Positions 18,287 to 27,689 of a DNA stretch of 64,000 nucleotides are shown here, piece after piece. The stretch's first letter is position 1. Each line of letters opens with the position of its first letter. A model generated the notes under the pieces. It searched no databases. It was not told the origin of the DNA and saw nothing but the letters and a program-made list of their open reading frames with translations. The stretch comes from Minisyncoccota bacterium (GTDB lineage: Bacteria > Patescibacteriota > Minisyncoccia > UBA6257 > 2-01-FULL-56-20), in assembly GCA_035509435.1 (NCBI GenBank), contig DATJLR010000007.1, forward strand, positions 65,555-129,554. Reading direction: 5' to 3'. Made by a program: the position numbers and the translations under genes.

Positions 18287-19360
18287 TTATGTTCGCTCGA
18301 GCAGGATGCGCAGCTCGGAGGGATTGAGGGAGTACAGTTCGGCGTTGTCGAGGGTGACCTCTTTGTTCTTGATGAGGTTCACGAGCGAACGGTTGAGCGT
18401 GACCATGCCTTCCTGCAGGGACGTTTCGATGACGAGGTCGATCTGGTAGGTCTTGCGCTCGCGGATCAGGTTGCGGATGGCGGGGTTCACGATCATGATC
18501 TCCATCGCCGGGATGCGGCCGCCGGACACGCGCGGCAGGAGCCGGATGGAAATGATCGCGACGAGCGTCGCGGCGAGCTGGGACGTCACTTGCCCCTGCT
18601 GTTCCGCCGGGAACGAGTCGATGATGCGGTCGATCGTCTGCGACGCCGAGTTCGTGTGGAGCGTGGAGAGCACAAGGTGGCCCGTTTCGGACGCGGTCAT
18701 TGCGGTGCCGATCGACACCGCGTCGCGCATCTCGCCGATCATCACGACGTCCGGGTCCTGGCGCAGCACGGTGCGGAGCGCCGCATGGAAGCTCGTGGTA
18801 TCACTGCCGACCTCGCGCTGGGAGACGATGCATTTGTCCTGGGTAAAGAGATATTCCACCGGGTCCTCGATCGTGATGATGTGGTCGGTGCGGGTGTGGT
18901 TGATCTCGTCCACGATCGCGGCGAGCGTCGATGACTTGCCGTGTCCGGCGGGACCCACCACGAGCACGAATCCCTGCGAGAGCTGGGTGAAGTCGTGGAG
19001 CAGCGGCGGGAGGTTGAGCTCTTCGATCGTCTTGATGCGCGTCGGGATCAGGCGCAGCGCCGCGGCCAGGTATCCGCGCTGGAAGTACACGTTCACGCGG
19101 AAGCGCGCCTTATCGTCGAAGCTGTACGCAAAGTCCACCTGCCGCTGGGTGAGCAACTTTGCCTTCTGCTCGGGCGTGAGCAATTGGGACATGATCCCCT
19201 CCGCCGACTCCGGCGTCATGATCGCCTCCTTCTGGAGCGGGATGAGCACCCCGTCGATGCGCAGGGTCGGGCGCCGCCCCACCGCCAGGTGGAGGTCCGA
19301 TGCATTCTGCTTCGCCGCCGTCGTCAAAAGGTCGTTGAGCTGAGTCTTGTAATCATCCAT
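18287..19360 (-). CDS. pilT: Twitching-motility retraction ATPase PilT
   Basis: Walker A GPAGHGKSST. Asp and His boxes (IITIEDPVEY, HLVLSTLHTN). 357 aa, the typical PilT size. Confidence 0.85.
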   Translation of the reverse strand: MDDYKTQLNDLLTTAAKQNASDLHLAVGRRPTLRIDGVLIPLQKEAIMTPESAEGIMSQLLTPEQKAKLLTQRQVDFAYSFDDKARFRVNVYFQRGYLAAALRLIPTRIKTIEELNLPPLLHDFTQLSQGFVLVVGPAGHGKSSTLAAIVDEINHTRTDHIITIEDPVEYLFTQDKCIVSQREVGSDTTSFHAALRTVLRQDPDVVMIGEMRDAVSIGTAMTASETGHLVLSTLHTNSASQTIDRIIDSFPAEQQGQVTSQLAATLVAIISIRLLPRVSGGRIPAMEIMIVNPAIRNLIRERKTYQIDLVIETSLQEGMVTLNRSLVNLIKNKEVTLDNAELYSLNPSELRILLERT

Positions 19361-19412
19361 GGAATAATCTTACCACATTGCCCTTTTGTCCCCCAAATAA
19401 AGGGTCAATTTC

Positions 19413-19739
19413 TTAAGCTATTTTTAATCGCCTTCTTGGCATGATGGCCGGATGGAAAAGCAGGAGGCAAAACTCTTTTATTCGCAAATCGGACACGTTC
19501 ATATGGGGAACTGAGGCAATATTGGCAGTGATCACTTGGGAGCTGTCCACAGTGATGTCCAAATAAGTGCTATTTGTGATGGAAAAGGTAGAACTAGTGC
19601 CACTGGTCGTGCCGGGAAGAGTGGGGATGGATTGGGCGCTTGCTCTGGGCGTAAAACTAATGAAAAGAAAACCGCCAAGCAGGGCGGCGGAAAAAATTAG
19701 GAAGCGGGCTGAGTAATCGACTAGAAATCGTTGTCTCAT
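19413..19739 (-). CDS. Small secreted hypothetical protein
   Basis: 108 aa. Signal-like LIFSAALLGGFLFISFTPRASA. Ser/Thr-rich. Confidence 0.35.
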   Translation of the reverse strand: MRQRFLVDYSARFLIFSAALLGGFLFISFTPRASAQSIPTLPGTTSGTSSTFSITNSTYLDITVDSSQVITANIASVPHMNVSDLRIKEFCLLLFHPAIMPRRRLKIA

Positions 19740-19795
19740 AGAATGCTTTCATAATACCACCTCCATAGCCCAACCCGCTCAAATTTGTGGATAAC

Positions 19796-20815
19796 TCAGG
19801 GAATTGTATATGTACTTGTAGCTCCCGACGGAAGAGTATATTGCAATTCTGAATCAGAAAGCCATAGAGGATGATAGTAATAAGTTGGATCGGTGGTGGT
19901 GGTGACAAGATAGTTTTGCCCAGTAAGGAGATTGTAAATATAGAAAGAGGTAATTTGGCCTGCTTGCTGAGCTTGATCGCGATATTCCTGATCGATCTGG
20001 GAATCTGCGGTCCATGGAGCAACATTAGTTTCGTAGGTTGTCATACCTACATCGGGATTAAGAGCATCGCCGCCCATGGTGGTGTGGGGAGCTGAGAACA
20101 CTTGATAAGACCAGTTTGATGTGTCGATACGCAGAAAACCTAAAGTGTCTGCTTCATCATTAGAATCAAACCATAGATATCTTCCATCATGACTCCATCC
20201 TCCGTTTTCAAGATCGAAATTCACGATTGTATTCGATTCTTGCTCCGGGATTTGGGAAAGAGACAGGGAAAAAACAATATTATCGTTACTTAGGTCGTAG
20301 ACCTCCAAAGAGGGCATCGTCGAAGTTGTTAAAAAGGAAACTGCGGCCATCATGGTTTGGCTTGAATTCACCCTGAAATCCTCAGCAGTGCCTATTTCTT
20401 GACTGTTGCCGCTGTAATCATATTTCCATACTTGGATGTTAAAATTGGGCAGCACCTTCCCATGAACATAATCATAATTAAATTCTCGCATCACATAAAA
20501 ATTACACGAGTATAATTCGATGGGATGATAACTGGGGAATAGATCATTTATAATAAAAGAGGAATTGGCATTGTTCGCTTTATCTTCAATAGTAATTTTT
20601 ATTGTATCGGTAGATGTGAGGGGGGTGTTAATAGAATAGCTTGCCGACTCGTCGCCTGAAAGGCATCCAGTTGTCGTAGAGGAGCTAGCTACATTCGCGA
20701 CCACTCCAGATGGCGAAGTCGAAGCTGGGGATAAATAATGGCGAAAGACAATGAGAGTTAAGGCTACGATGGTTATAACTATGCACGACACTATAATCCA
20801 AAATCTTCTGCTCAT
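19796..20815 (-). CDS. Secreted/anchored beta-propeller-like hypothetical protein
   Basis: 339 aa. N-terminal TM FWIIVSCIVITIVALTLIVF. WSHDGRYLWF and YIYNLLTGQNYLVTT resemble TolB/WD-like propeller blades. Confidence 0.4.
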   Translation of the reverse strand: MSRRFWIIVSCIVITIVALTLIVFRHYLSPASTSPSGVVANVASSSTTTGCLSGDESASYSINTPLTSTDTIKITIEDKANNANSSFIINDLFPSYHPIELYSCNFYVMREFNYDYVHGKVLPNFNIQVWKYDYSGNSQEIGTAEDFRVNSSQTMMAAVSFLTTSTMPSLEVYDLSNDNIVFSLSLSQIPEQESNTIVNFDLENGGWSHDGRYLWFDSNDEADTLGFLRIDTSNWSYQVFSAPHTTMGGDALNPDVGMTTYETNVAPWTADSQIDQEYRDQAQQAGQITSFYIYNLLTGQNYLVTTTTDPTYYYHPLWLSDSELQYTLPSGATSTYTIP

Positions 20816-20851
20816 CTTCTAATCCTAACACATTGATTTTTGCATCCGCCC

Positions 20852-21262
20852 CTATCCGGAAAAGAATATATTGCCATCAAGATTTTGAGCATAGGCAGCA
20901 ACGTTCGGCGTATACCCGCTCGAACCTCCCGCGCCTATACCCGCCCCGTCATGCCCCGCGTAGTAAATGGTACAAGTAAGCACACAACCGCTTCCATCCC
21001 AACTTTCCGATCCATTTGAGGGAGATAAGCCACCCTCTCCAATAGAGGACGTTGCATAGTAAGTTGCAAAATTTATATTCGTGTTAAATCCGCCACCATA
21101 TGAAGCAATGATTTCCGTCCCGCTTGCGGTTAGAGTTCCCCAGGTTGAATATGAAGAATATCCATCCGGAGGAAGACTCAGAGAGGTACTCGCTGCAAAA
21201 GAAAAGTGTGGGAGTAAGAATATCCCTAATCCTATTGCTAAGATGAAAATATATTTTTTCAT
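20852..21262 (-). CDS. Small secreted Gly/Ser-rich protein
   Basis: 136 aa. Signal peptide MKKYIFILAIGLGIFLLPHFSFA. Confidence 0.4.
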   Translation of the reverse strand: MKKYIFILAIGLGIFLLPHFSFAASTSLSLPPDGYSSYSTWGTLTASGTEIIASYGGGFNTNINFATYYATSSIGEGGLSPSNGSESWDGSGCVLTCTIYYAGHDGAGIGAGGSSGYTPNVAAYAQNLDGNIFFSG

Positions 21263-21304
21263 GGGTTGTTTTGTAATGTTTTTTCGGCTTAGATCTTAAA
21301 AAAT

Positions 21305-21652
21305 TTAAAGATTCGAAAAAACCAGAAGCCAAAAAATGAGGTATAAAAGTAATGGCACTAAAATAAAGCCAATTGCTAAAAATACCCATACAAGCCACCG
21401 CTTTTTTGTATGCCACCATTTTTGAAAAGCAGGTACAATAATCCAAAATCCTGAGACGCCAATGAGTATTAAAACTATTGCTACAGACATTACAAAAATA
21501 AAAAATGTCCCGGATACGTTCGCATAGGTAGCGTAAATGCCATTCGCTTCAGCTAGGATACAGCCTAAAATTAGTAATATAATTCCGGCTGATACATTTA
21601 CCGCTGTCCGCCATCCTTTCGGAACTATTTTTGAATCCTCATTTACCTTCAT
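21305..21652 (-). CDS. Small integral membrane protein
   Basis: 115 aa with 3 predicted TM helices. Confidence 0.4.
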   Translation of the reverse strand: MKVNEDSKIVPKGWRTAVNVSAGIILLILGCILAEANGIYATYANVSGTFFIFVMSVAIVLILIGVSGFWIIVPAFQKWWHTKKRWLVWVFLAIGFILVPLLLYLIFWLLVFSNL

Positions 21653-21805
21653 ATTGTTCTGGTTTCAAAAACCGCCAATTGGAATGGCGGCGATAAAAAT
21701 AGATGGGGGGCTATGCGCTCGACTAGGAATCGTTGCCTCATTGGAATGCCTTCAGTATACCAACATTCCCAATCTACACCTGTGGATAACCCCGAAATCG
21801 GTGTC

Positions 21806-23231
21806 CTACCGTGTTTCGAACAATGCCAGATATGGTCCAATATATAGTTGCTGCACCGCGCGATGGAACGGTTGGGCTACCGCTAACTTGCTCAGATCGG
21901 CAGTGGGAACAACAAGAAAGTTTGAACTAGCCGGAAGCTCGCCTGGATTCTGGATAGAACTAACGTTTGTGCCGCTATAAAACATGATGGTATTCCCCGG
22001 CACCCAGTCGTAAAGAAAAATGTCCTTCTGGGAATCTTGGGCATTAATAAGAAGTCCGACGGTCTTTTCATCCGACAGATAGCCGAGGTATTGCGGCACC
22101 TGGAAGAAGGCAGTATTTATGGTATTCCAAAAACCAATGACTAAAATACCGCAACAGGCAAGGGCCAAGATGGTGGTTTTGAATTGCCGTGGCACACGAT
22201 CAACCAATCCGAACAGAACTGCACCGACAAAGATAAGCGCAAACGGGAATATGGGTAGAAGATATGTGAATATTTTTGTGCGTGCGGCGAGAAACATCGC
22301 AAAGATGATCATCGTCGACAAGAAACCGAACCACACGATCTTTTTTTTTCTGATCGCTTTTTCCCATAAAAAACAGCGATACAATTGCAGCGAGGAATAG
22401 AACGGTCCACGGCTGGACCTGCGACCAGAGCGCCTCCAAATAATCAAGGGACGTAAGCGGCTGGTCCCCAGGCGACTGTGTCCCTCGATTAAACACTTGC
22501 TGAACGATATAGCTCTGCCAAAATGCGGGTCCGTAGTGGATCGTCTCATAGATCGGCCACGGCAGGATGATAAGCAGCATCAACCCCAACCCGATAAGAA
22601 AATATTTATTTTGGGTCCAAGCCCACTTCTTATAAAGAATGCTCAAAATCACCATGGGGATGAAAGCAAGGAGGCCGATCACGCTCTTCGTCATAAATCC
22701 CACACCGATGCCGATTCCCACACCTAAAAGCCATTTTGCATGTCCGGGTTTAGTCCCCCTAATAAAACACCAAGTGGCGAAAAGGATCGCGGCGATGGTC
22801 GCTACATCCATCCTTACTTGCCGCGCAAACACGAAGAACGGCGCCACGGCAAGAAGCGATATGCCACAGAAGAACGACAACCATACATCCTCCGAAAGTT
22901 CCCAAACGATCAGAAAAAGAAATGCTACCGCAAGAATATTAAAAAACGCTGATGGAATTCGAATGGCAAATTCCGAAGCTCCAAAGAATTTCATGCTTAA
23001 AGCAACAAGCCAGATATAAAGCGGTGGTTTCTCAAACCAGTTGGTGCCGCCGTATTGAAGCGTCATCCAACTGCCATGCGCCAGCACATTCTGTGCTATC
23101 TGGGCATAGGTCGCTTCGTCGTAATCGGCAAGCGGAAGCCTGCCGAGCTGAAAAAAAGTGAAAACCATTGCGACTACGACCAGAACCAAAAAGAGGATGG
23201 CCCAAAGTTTTTTTCGAGAGGGAATGGGCAT
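21806..23231 (-). pseudogene. GT-C fold glycosyltransferase (GT39/ArnT-PMT-like), split by a frameshift at an A9/T9 homopolymer (22341-22349)
   Basis: N-terminal piece (track ORF 22200..23231) has ADYDEATYAQIAQNVLAHGSW...FEKPPLYIWL, the DE loop typical of ArnT/PMT. The C-terminal piece (21806..22549) continues the TM-rich body. Both frames read KKK across the same 9-nt run, and one base fewer would restore a ~460 aa ORF. Confidence 0.6.
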
Positions 23232-23243
23232 TCAGTTTGTTCC

Positions 23244-24962
23244 CTACCCTTCCTCCGTCTCTCTTATGATCTCCTCGATCGGCACGCTTCCCTTCAGCGC
23301 CTTCACGATGCCGTCCTGGCGGAGCGAGATCATGCCCTGCGCCTTTGCCTGCGCGGTGATCTTTTGCGTGGTGGCGCCGCTGCTCACGATGTTCTCGATC
23401 TCCTTCGTGATGAGGAACGCCTCGTAGATGCCGGTGCGGCCGACGACGCCGCGGCCCTTGCACGTGGCGCAGCCCTTGGCGTGATAGATCTGGTACGGCG
23501 GCTTGAACTCTGCGGCCACCTCCGCCGGCAGGCCGGCGAGCGAACGCTTGATGATCTCCTGCACCTCCGGGGCCGCCTCTTCCGGCGCTTTGCAATCCGG
23601 GCAGAGCACGCCCACCAGGCGCTGTGCGATCACCAAGCTTACCGACACCGGGATCAGGAACGGCTCCACCTTCATGTCGATGAGGCGCGGGATGACGCCG
23701 GCGCTGTTATTGGTGTGCAATGTGCTGAGCACGACGTGGCCGGTGAGCGCCGCCTGCACGGCAAGGCCCGCGGTCTCGTTGTCGCGGATCTCGCCGACCA
23801 TGATCACGTCCGGGTCCTGGCGGAGGATCTGGCGCAGCCCCGACGCGAAGTCGTAGCCGATCTCCGGCCGCACCTGCGACTGGTTGATGCCGCTCACGAA
23901 ATATTCCACCGGGTCCTCGAGCGAAACGATGTTCACGTCCTCGGTGTTGAGGTCCTGCAGGAACGCGTAGAGCGTCGTCGTCTTGCCGGAACCGGTCGGG
24001 CCCGTGATGAGCACCATGCCGAACGGGCGGTTCAGGCCTTCTTTGATGACGGCGCGCGTCGGCGGCAGGAGGTCCAGGCTCTCGAAGTTCTTGAGGCCGG
24101 TGGTCGGGTCAAGCACGCGGATCGCGATCTTTTCGCCGAGCGGCGTGGGAAACGTGGCGACGCGGAAGTCGATGTCGCGGTCGAAGATCTTGGCGCGGAA
24201 GCGGCCGTCCTGCGGCACGCGCGTCTCGTCGATCTTTAAGCTGGAAATGACCTTGACGCGCGATGTGACCGGCTGGGCGAGCTCCACCGGAAGCGACGCC
24301 ACCTCGTGCAGATCGCCGTCGATGCGCAGGCGGATGCGGAGCGAGCGCTGCTGCGGTTCAATGTGCACGTCGGATGCTTTGCTCAAGACCGCTTCTTTGA
24401 ACGTGTCGGCGACGATCTTGATGATCGGCGCGTCGGCGCTGTCGCCGCCGGAGAGTTCCACTGCCTGCTGGCCGCCGCCGCCCTCTTTTATATTCAGTCC
24501 GCGCACCGCCGCTTCGATCTCCGTGCGATACGGCGAATATTTGCGGAGCACGGCCTGAAGATCGCCGTACGAGATCAGGTATACGCCGAGATTGATGTGG
24601 TTCTGCCGCGCGATGAACTTGATCGCATCCTGCGCTTTCACGTCGTCCGGATGCAGCATGCCGATCACGAGGAGTCCGTCCTGCAGGCTGATCGGGACAA
24701 GCTGGTAGGTGCGCGCCGTCTCTTCCGGAATGAGCCCCATCAGTTGGTCGTTCAGCATGGTGGGGTCGATCTTCTTGTACGGCACCTTGAGCAGCTCGCT
24801 CTTGAGCGCCACCATCTGCTCGTCGGGGACCAGGCGCTCGCGGCCGATGATCGTCTCCGGCGGATCGCCGCTCACGATCGCGTCGCGCTTGAGCCGCGTG
24901 GCGACCGATTCGTTTATCAGCCCGCGGCTCTGCAGTTGTTGGATCAGCTCATCATTCGTCAT
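23244..24962 (-). CDS. pilB: Type IV pilus assembly ATPase PilB (GspE family)
   Basis: 572 aa. N-terminal GspII-like domain. Walker A LITGPTGSGKTTTL. Tetracysteine CPDCK...CATCKGRG. Confidence 0.9.
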   Translation of the reverse strand: MTNDELIQQLQSRGLINESVATRLKRDAIVSGDPPETIIGRERLVPDEQMVALKSELLKVPYKKIDPTMLNDQLMGLIPEETARTYQLVPISLQDGLLVIGMLHPDDVKAQDAIKFIARQNHINLGVYLISYGDLQAVLRKYSPYRTEIEAAVRGLNIKEGGGGQQAVELSGGDSADAPIIKIVADTFKEAVLSKASDVHIEPQQRSLRIRLRIDGDLHEVASLPVELAQPVTSRVKVISSLKIDETRVPQDGRFRAKIFDRDIDFRVATFPTPLGEKIAIRVLDPTTGLKNFESLDLLPPTRAVIKEGLNRPFGMVLITGPTGSGKTTTLYAFLQDLNTEDVNIVSLEDPVEYFVSGINQSQVRPEIGYDFASGLRQILRQDPDVIMVGEIRDNETAGLAVQAALTGHVVLSTLHTNNSAGVIPRLIDMKVEPFLIPVSVSLVIAQRLVGVLCPDCKAPEEAAPEVQEIIKRSLAGLPAEVAAEFKPPYQIYHAKGCATCKGRGVVGRTGIYEAFLITKEIENIVSSGATTQKITAQAKAQGMISLRQDGIVKALKGSVPIEEIIRETEEG

Positions 24963-24983
24963 GTCTTCATTCTACCATGTTGG

Positions 24984-25028
24984 CAAAAAGAAACCCTCTG
25001 CTGTTTTGCGAGAGGGGTTCCTTTTTTG
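24984..25028 (-). terminator. Intrinsic terminator/attenuator between the pilMNO-small gene operon and pilB
   Basis: Hairpin CCCTCT-gctgttttgcg-AGAGGG (24994-25016) flanked by A/T runs on both strands. It may work bidirectionally. Confidence 0.45.
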
Positions 25029-25033
25029 CGATG

Positions 25034-25333
25034 CTATGGAGAAACGAACGGGTTCGGCCGGCCTACGGCTGCCGGGCCCTGCGGCGTCGGCGGCGGAATG
25101 GTGGATTTGAGCGCTTCGAATGCGGCTCCCTGCACAACGGTCTGCGGCTGGAGCGAAAGCTGGGTTATGGGCGCGATAGTGCCGATGGTCCCGTTCGAAG
25201 GGATCGTCACGAGCTGCGGCTGCGCGAAGAATATATAGTAGACGGCTGCGGCGGCGACCACGAAGAACACGAGCCACCCGAAGATGCCCCACAGATTGCC
25301 TTTTTTGCCGCTTTCTTCAACGATGATCGCCAT
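25034..25333 (-). CDS. Small single-pass membrane protein of the pilus assembly operon (possible PilP-like analogue)
   Basis: 99 aa. TM LWGIFGWLVFFVVAAAAVYYIFF, then a Pro-rich tail. It follows the PilO-like gene. Confidence 0.4.
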   Translation of the reverse strand: MAIIVEESGKKGNLWGIFGWLVFFVVAAAAVYYIFFAQPQLVTIPSNGTIGTIAPITQLSLQPQTVVQGAAFEALKSTIPPPTPQGPAAVGRPNPFVSP

Positions 25334-25335
25334 GG

Positions 25336-25977
25336 TTATGGTGCCTGATAATAGGTTACGACCGTTATGGTGTAGTTGAACGAATCCGGGTTGAGCGTCT
25401 GCCCTTTTACGGGAGTGACGCCGGTGTCGCTGGGCTGGAATGTTATTGCGGTCACATCAAAGAGGCGGATGTTCGATTCCAATCCCTGGAGAAAGCTCTT
25501 CAGCGATTCGTAACTGCCGGACGCCGTCACCTGGAACGAGACCGTGCCCAGCGGCTTTACGATGGAACCGCCCGTGGCCGCGTCCGCGATCCCTCCGCTC
25601 GTCGTCCCGTCATCCGACGGCGCCTGTTCCTGCACGGCCTGGAGCGAGACCGCCGTGCCCTGTATCGTAACGCCCGTGTTCGCCCCGATCCCGTATATCT
25701 GCGCGAGCGCGCCCGCGACGTCGGGCCCCACCGGCAGCGACATCGCGACAAGCTGGCTCGACGAAGAATCGCTTTGATAGCTGGCAAGCAGCCCTTTTAT
25801 CTGGGTCGCCACCTGCGTCTCGTTCTGATACAGCACATTCTCGCTCTCTGCCTGCCCCTTGACGCTTTCGAGGTTCGTATACGCGGGGACGATGAGCTCA
25901 AAATAAACGACGAGCGCGCCCGCGATGAGCAGCGTTGCGAGAAGGATGCTGGTAAGCCGTTTGCTTTCCTGTTTCAT
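25336..25977 (-). CDS. PilO-like pilus inner-membrane assembly protein
   Basis: 213 aa. N-terminal TM, then a coiled coil and a periplasmic domain. Third position after pilM and the PilN-like gene. Confidence 0.45.
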   Translation of the reverse strand: MKQESKRLTSILLATLLIAGALVVYFELIVPAYTNLESVKGQAESENVLYQNETQVATQIKGLLASYQSDSSSSQLVAMSLPVGPDVAGALAQIYGIGANTGVTIQGTAVSLQAVQEQAPSDDGTTSGGIADAATGGSIVKPLGTVSFQVTASGSYESLKSFLQGLESNIRLFDVTAITFQPSDTGVTPVKGQTLNPDSFNYTITVVTYYQAP

Positions 25978-25978
25978 A

Positions 25979-26542
25979 TTATTGGCTTGTCTCGGACATT
26001 ACGGAAGGATTTACGATGAGGGTGATGTTAAAGCTCCATCCGGTCTGGCCGAGCTCGGGAGCGTTCACGCCCGTGACATCGACGGACGAGACCTCGGGAG
26101 AATTCTCGAATATCGCGATCTGCTGGTTTACATCCGCCTCGGACGCCGCTGTCCCCACAAGGACCACCTGGTTGCCGGACTGGAGAGAGAACGAACGATA
26201 GTAGACGTTCGCCTCCGTATTCTGCTCAAGCCACGAGAAGAGCTGCGACGAAAGCACGTGGCTCTGGAGCAGCGTCTGGAGGTTCGCGATCTGCGAATAG
26301 AAATTTATCAGCTGCGTCTGGTCCGTCGGCGAGATGGACTGGTTCAGCGCGCTCACCTTGTTCTGTGTCGCCGTAAGCTGGGACTGCAGGTACGGTTCAT
26401 ACCCGAACGCAAGGCCGCAATAGATGATGATGGCGAAGAAAAGGAGCCCTCCGGAAAAGAGGAGCGCGCCCGGCGCAAAGCCGGTCGTCCCGGAGGAGGG
26501 CTCCCGTCCTAATTGCTCTATTACTTTTTCTGGAAGAGGCAT
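25979..26542 (-). CDS. PilN-like pilus assembly protein
   Basis: 187 aa. Short cytoplasmic N-terminus, one TM (LLFSGGLLFFAIIIYCGLAF), then a coiled coil. Immediately downstream of pilM. Confidence 0.45.
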   Translation of the reverse strand: MPLPEKVIEQLGREPSSGTTGFAPGALLFSGGLLFFAIIIYCGLAFGYEPYLQSQLTATQNKVSALNQSISPTDQTQLINFYSQIANLQTLLQSHVLSSQLFSWLEQNTEANVYYRSFSLQSGNQVVLVGTAASEADVNQQIAIFENSPEVSSVDVTGVNAPELGQTGWSFNITLIVNPSVMSETSQ

Positions 26543-26547
26543 TGGTG

Positions 26548-27624
26548 TTATACGAATTCCTTCATGCCGAGGCCGAGTACGACGGTCATCGGCGCATCAA
26601 GCTCGGGCAGGAACGGCGCGATCGCATCCGGATATTCGAACCGCGAGAACGGCGAAGCCTTCACCACCGGGACCTCGAACTGCTTCTCAAAATATTTCTC
26701 GATGCCGGAGAGATTGGCTCCGCCCCCGGCAAGGACGACACGCTCCGCCTGCATCGCCGTAGGATACTGCTGATGGTAGGTATACGTCTCCTTTTTCACT
26801 TCATTAATTATAGCATCAAGAAACGGCATCATTATTGTGGACAACTCATAGTTGGGTCCGGTGCCCAATATCCCCCGCTCCTTTTTGAGCTCTTCCGCGC
26901 GCAGCGGATTGATCCCCAGGCTTGACGCGAGCGCCTGCGTGAGCGACGCGGCGGCAATATCGCTCTGCGCGCTCCAGGCAAGGACGCCCTTTTCCATGAA
27001 GATGATATTCGTGGACCGGGAGCCGATGTCCACTATTATGGTGGGCGTCGGGTCGTTTGCGAAGATCCGCGCGACGGAAAGCGATTCGATCTCGAGGGCG
27101 CGCAGCCGGAGGCCGGCCGCCGCGAACATGCGCTGGTATTTCTTGATCTGCTCCTGCGGCACGGAGATGAGCAATATTTTCTGGTGCGCGAATCCTTTAT
27201 CGTCCTGATAGTCGCCGACCTTCATCCAGTCGAGCGCCACCTCGTCGAGCGGCATCGGCACGTATTGCTTTGCCTGATACACGAGCGCCTTCGCGATGTC
27301 CTTTGCCTCCATCGCCGGGAAGTCCACCAGCGTCATGAAGACATCGAATGGCGGGAGGGACGCGACCGCGTCGCGAGTGTTCGTGCCGAGCTCTTTCACG
27401 AGCGCCTTCAGAAGCGCCACTGCGTCCTCTTCGAATATCTTAAGCCCGCTTGTCTGGAGCGCCTGGTTGGCGCGCGCGAGATATCCGCTCGATTCCAATA
27501 TGCCGTAATTCACGACGCGCGGCGCTTTCTTTCCCGCGGCGATCTCCGCCGCCTTTATGGAGGTCGTACCGATATCGATGCCGAGATAGGATTCTGACCT
27601 GAAGAATGAGAAAGGGTTGTTCAT
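26548..27624 (-). CDS. pilM: Type IV pilus assembly protein PilM (actin-like ATPase fold)
   Basis: YLGIDIGTTSIKAAE N-terminal phosphate-1 motif and DIGSRSTN phosphate-2 motif. 358 aa. Confidence 0.8.
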   Translation of the reverse strand: MNNPFSFFRSESYLGIDIGTTSIKAAEIAAGKKAPRVVNYGILESSGYLARANQALQTSGLKIFEEDAVALLKALVKELGTNTRDAVASLPPFDVFMTLVDFPAMEAKDIAKALVYQAKQYVPMPLDEVALDWMKVGDYQDDKGFAHQKILLISVPQEQIKKYQRMFAAAGLRLRALEIESLSVARIFANDPTPTIIVDIGSRSTNIIFMEKGVLAWSAQSDIAAASLTQALASSLGINPLRAEELKKERGILGTGPNYELSTIMMPFLDAIINEVKKETYTYHQQYPTAMQAERVVLAGGGANLSGIEKYFEKQFEVPVVKASPFSRFEYPDAIAPFLPELDAPMTVVLGLGMKEFV

Positions 27625-27689
27625 ATGCCGTGAGGCAGGTCCGCGCCGTTTAAGATCCTTTTAATGCGTGTTGTTGTATATATGATACC

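Larger units (their letters stand above)
19361..23243. other. Low-GC insertion between pilT and pilB (probably horizontally acquired)
   Basis: The base composition shifts to AT-rich between two high-GC pilus ATPase genes. It carries 4 small secreted or membrane ORFs plus a GT-C glycosyltransferase. Confidence 0.5.

Noticed and set aside
17309-18934. 541 aa plus-strand ORF
   Set aside because: Antisense to pilC and pilT, which have unambiguous homology. Composition artefact.
23055-24239. 394 aa plus-strand ORF
   Set aside because: Antisense to pilB. Same high-GC artefact.
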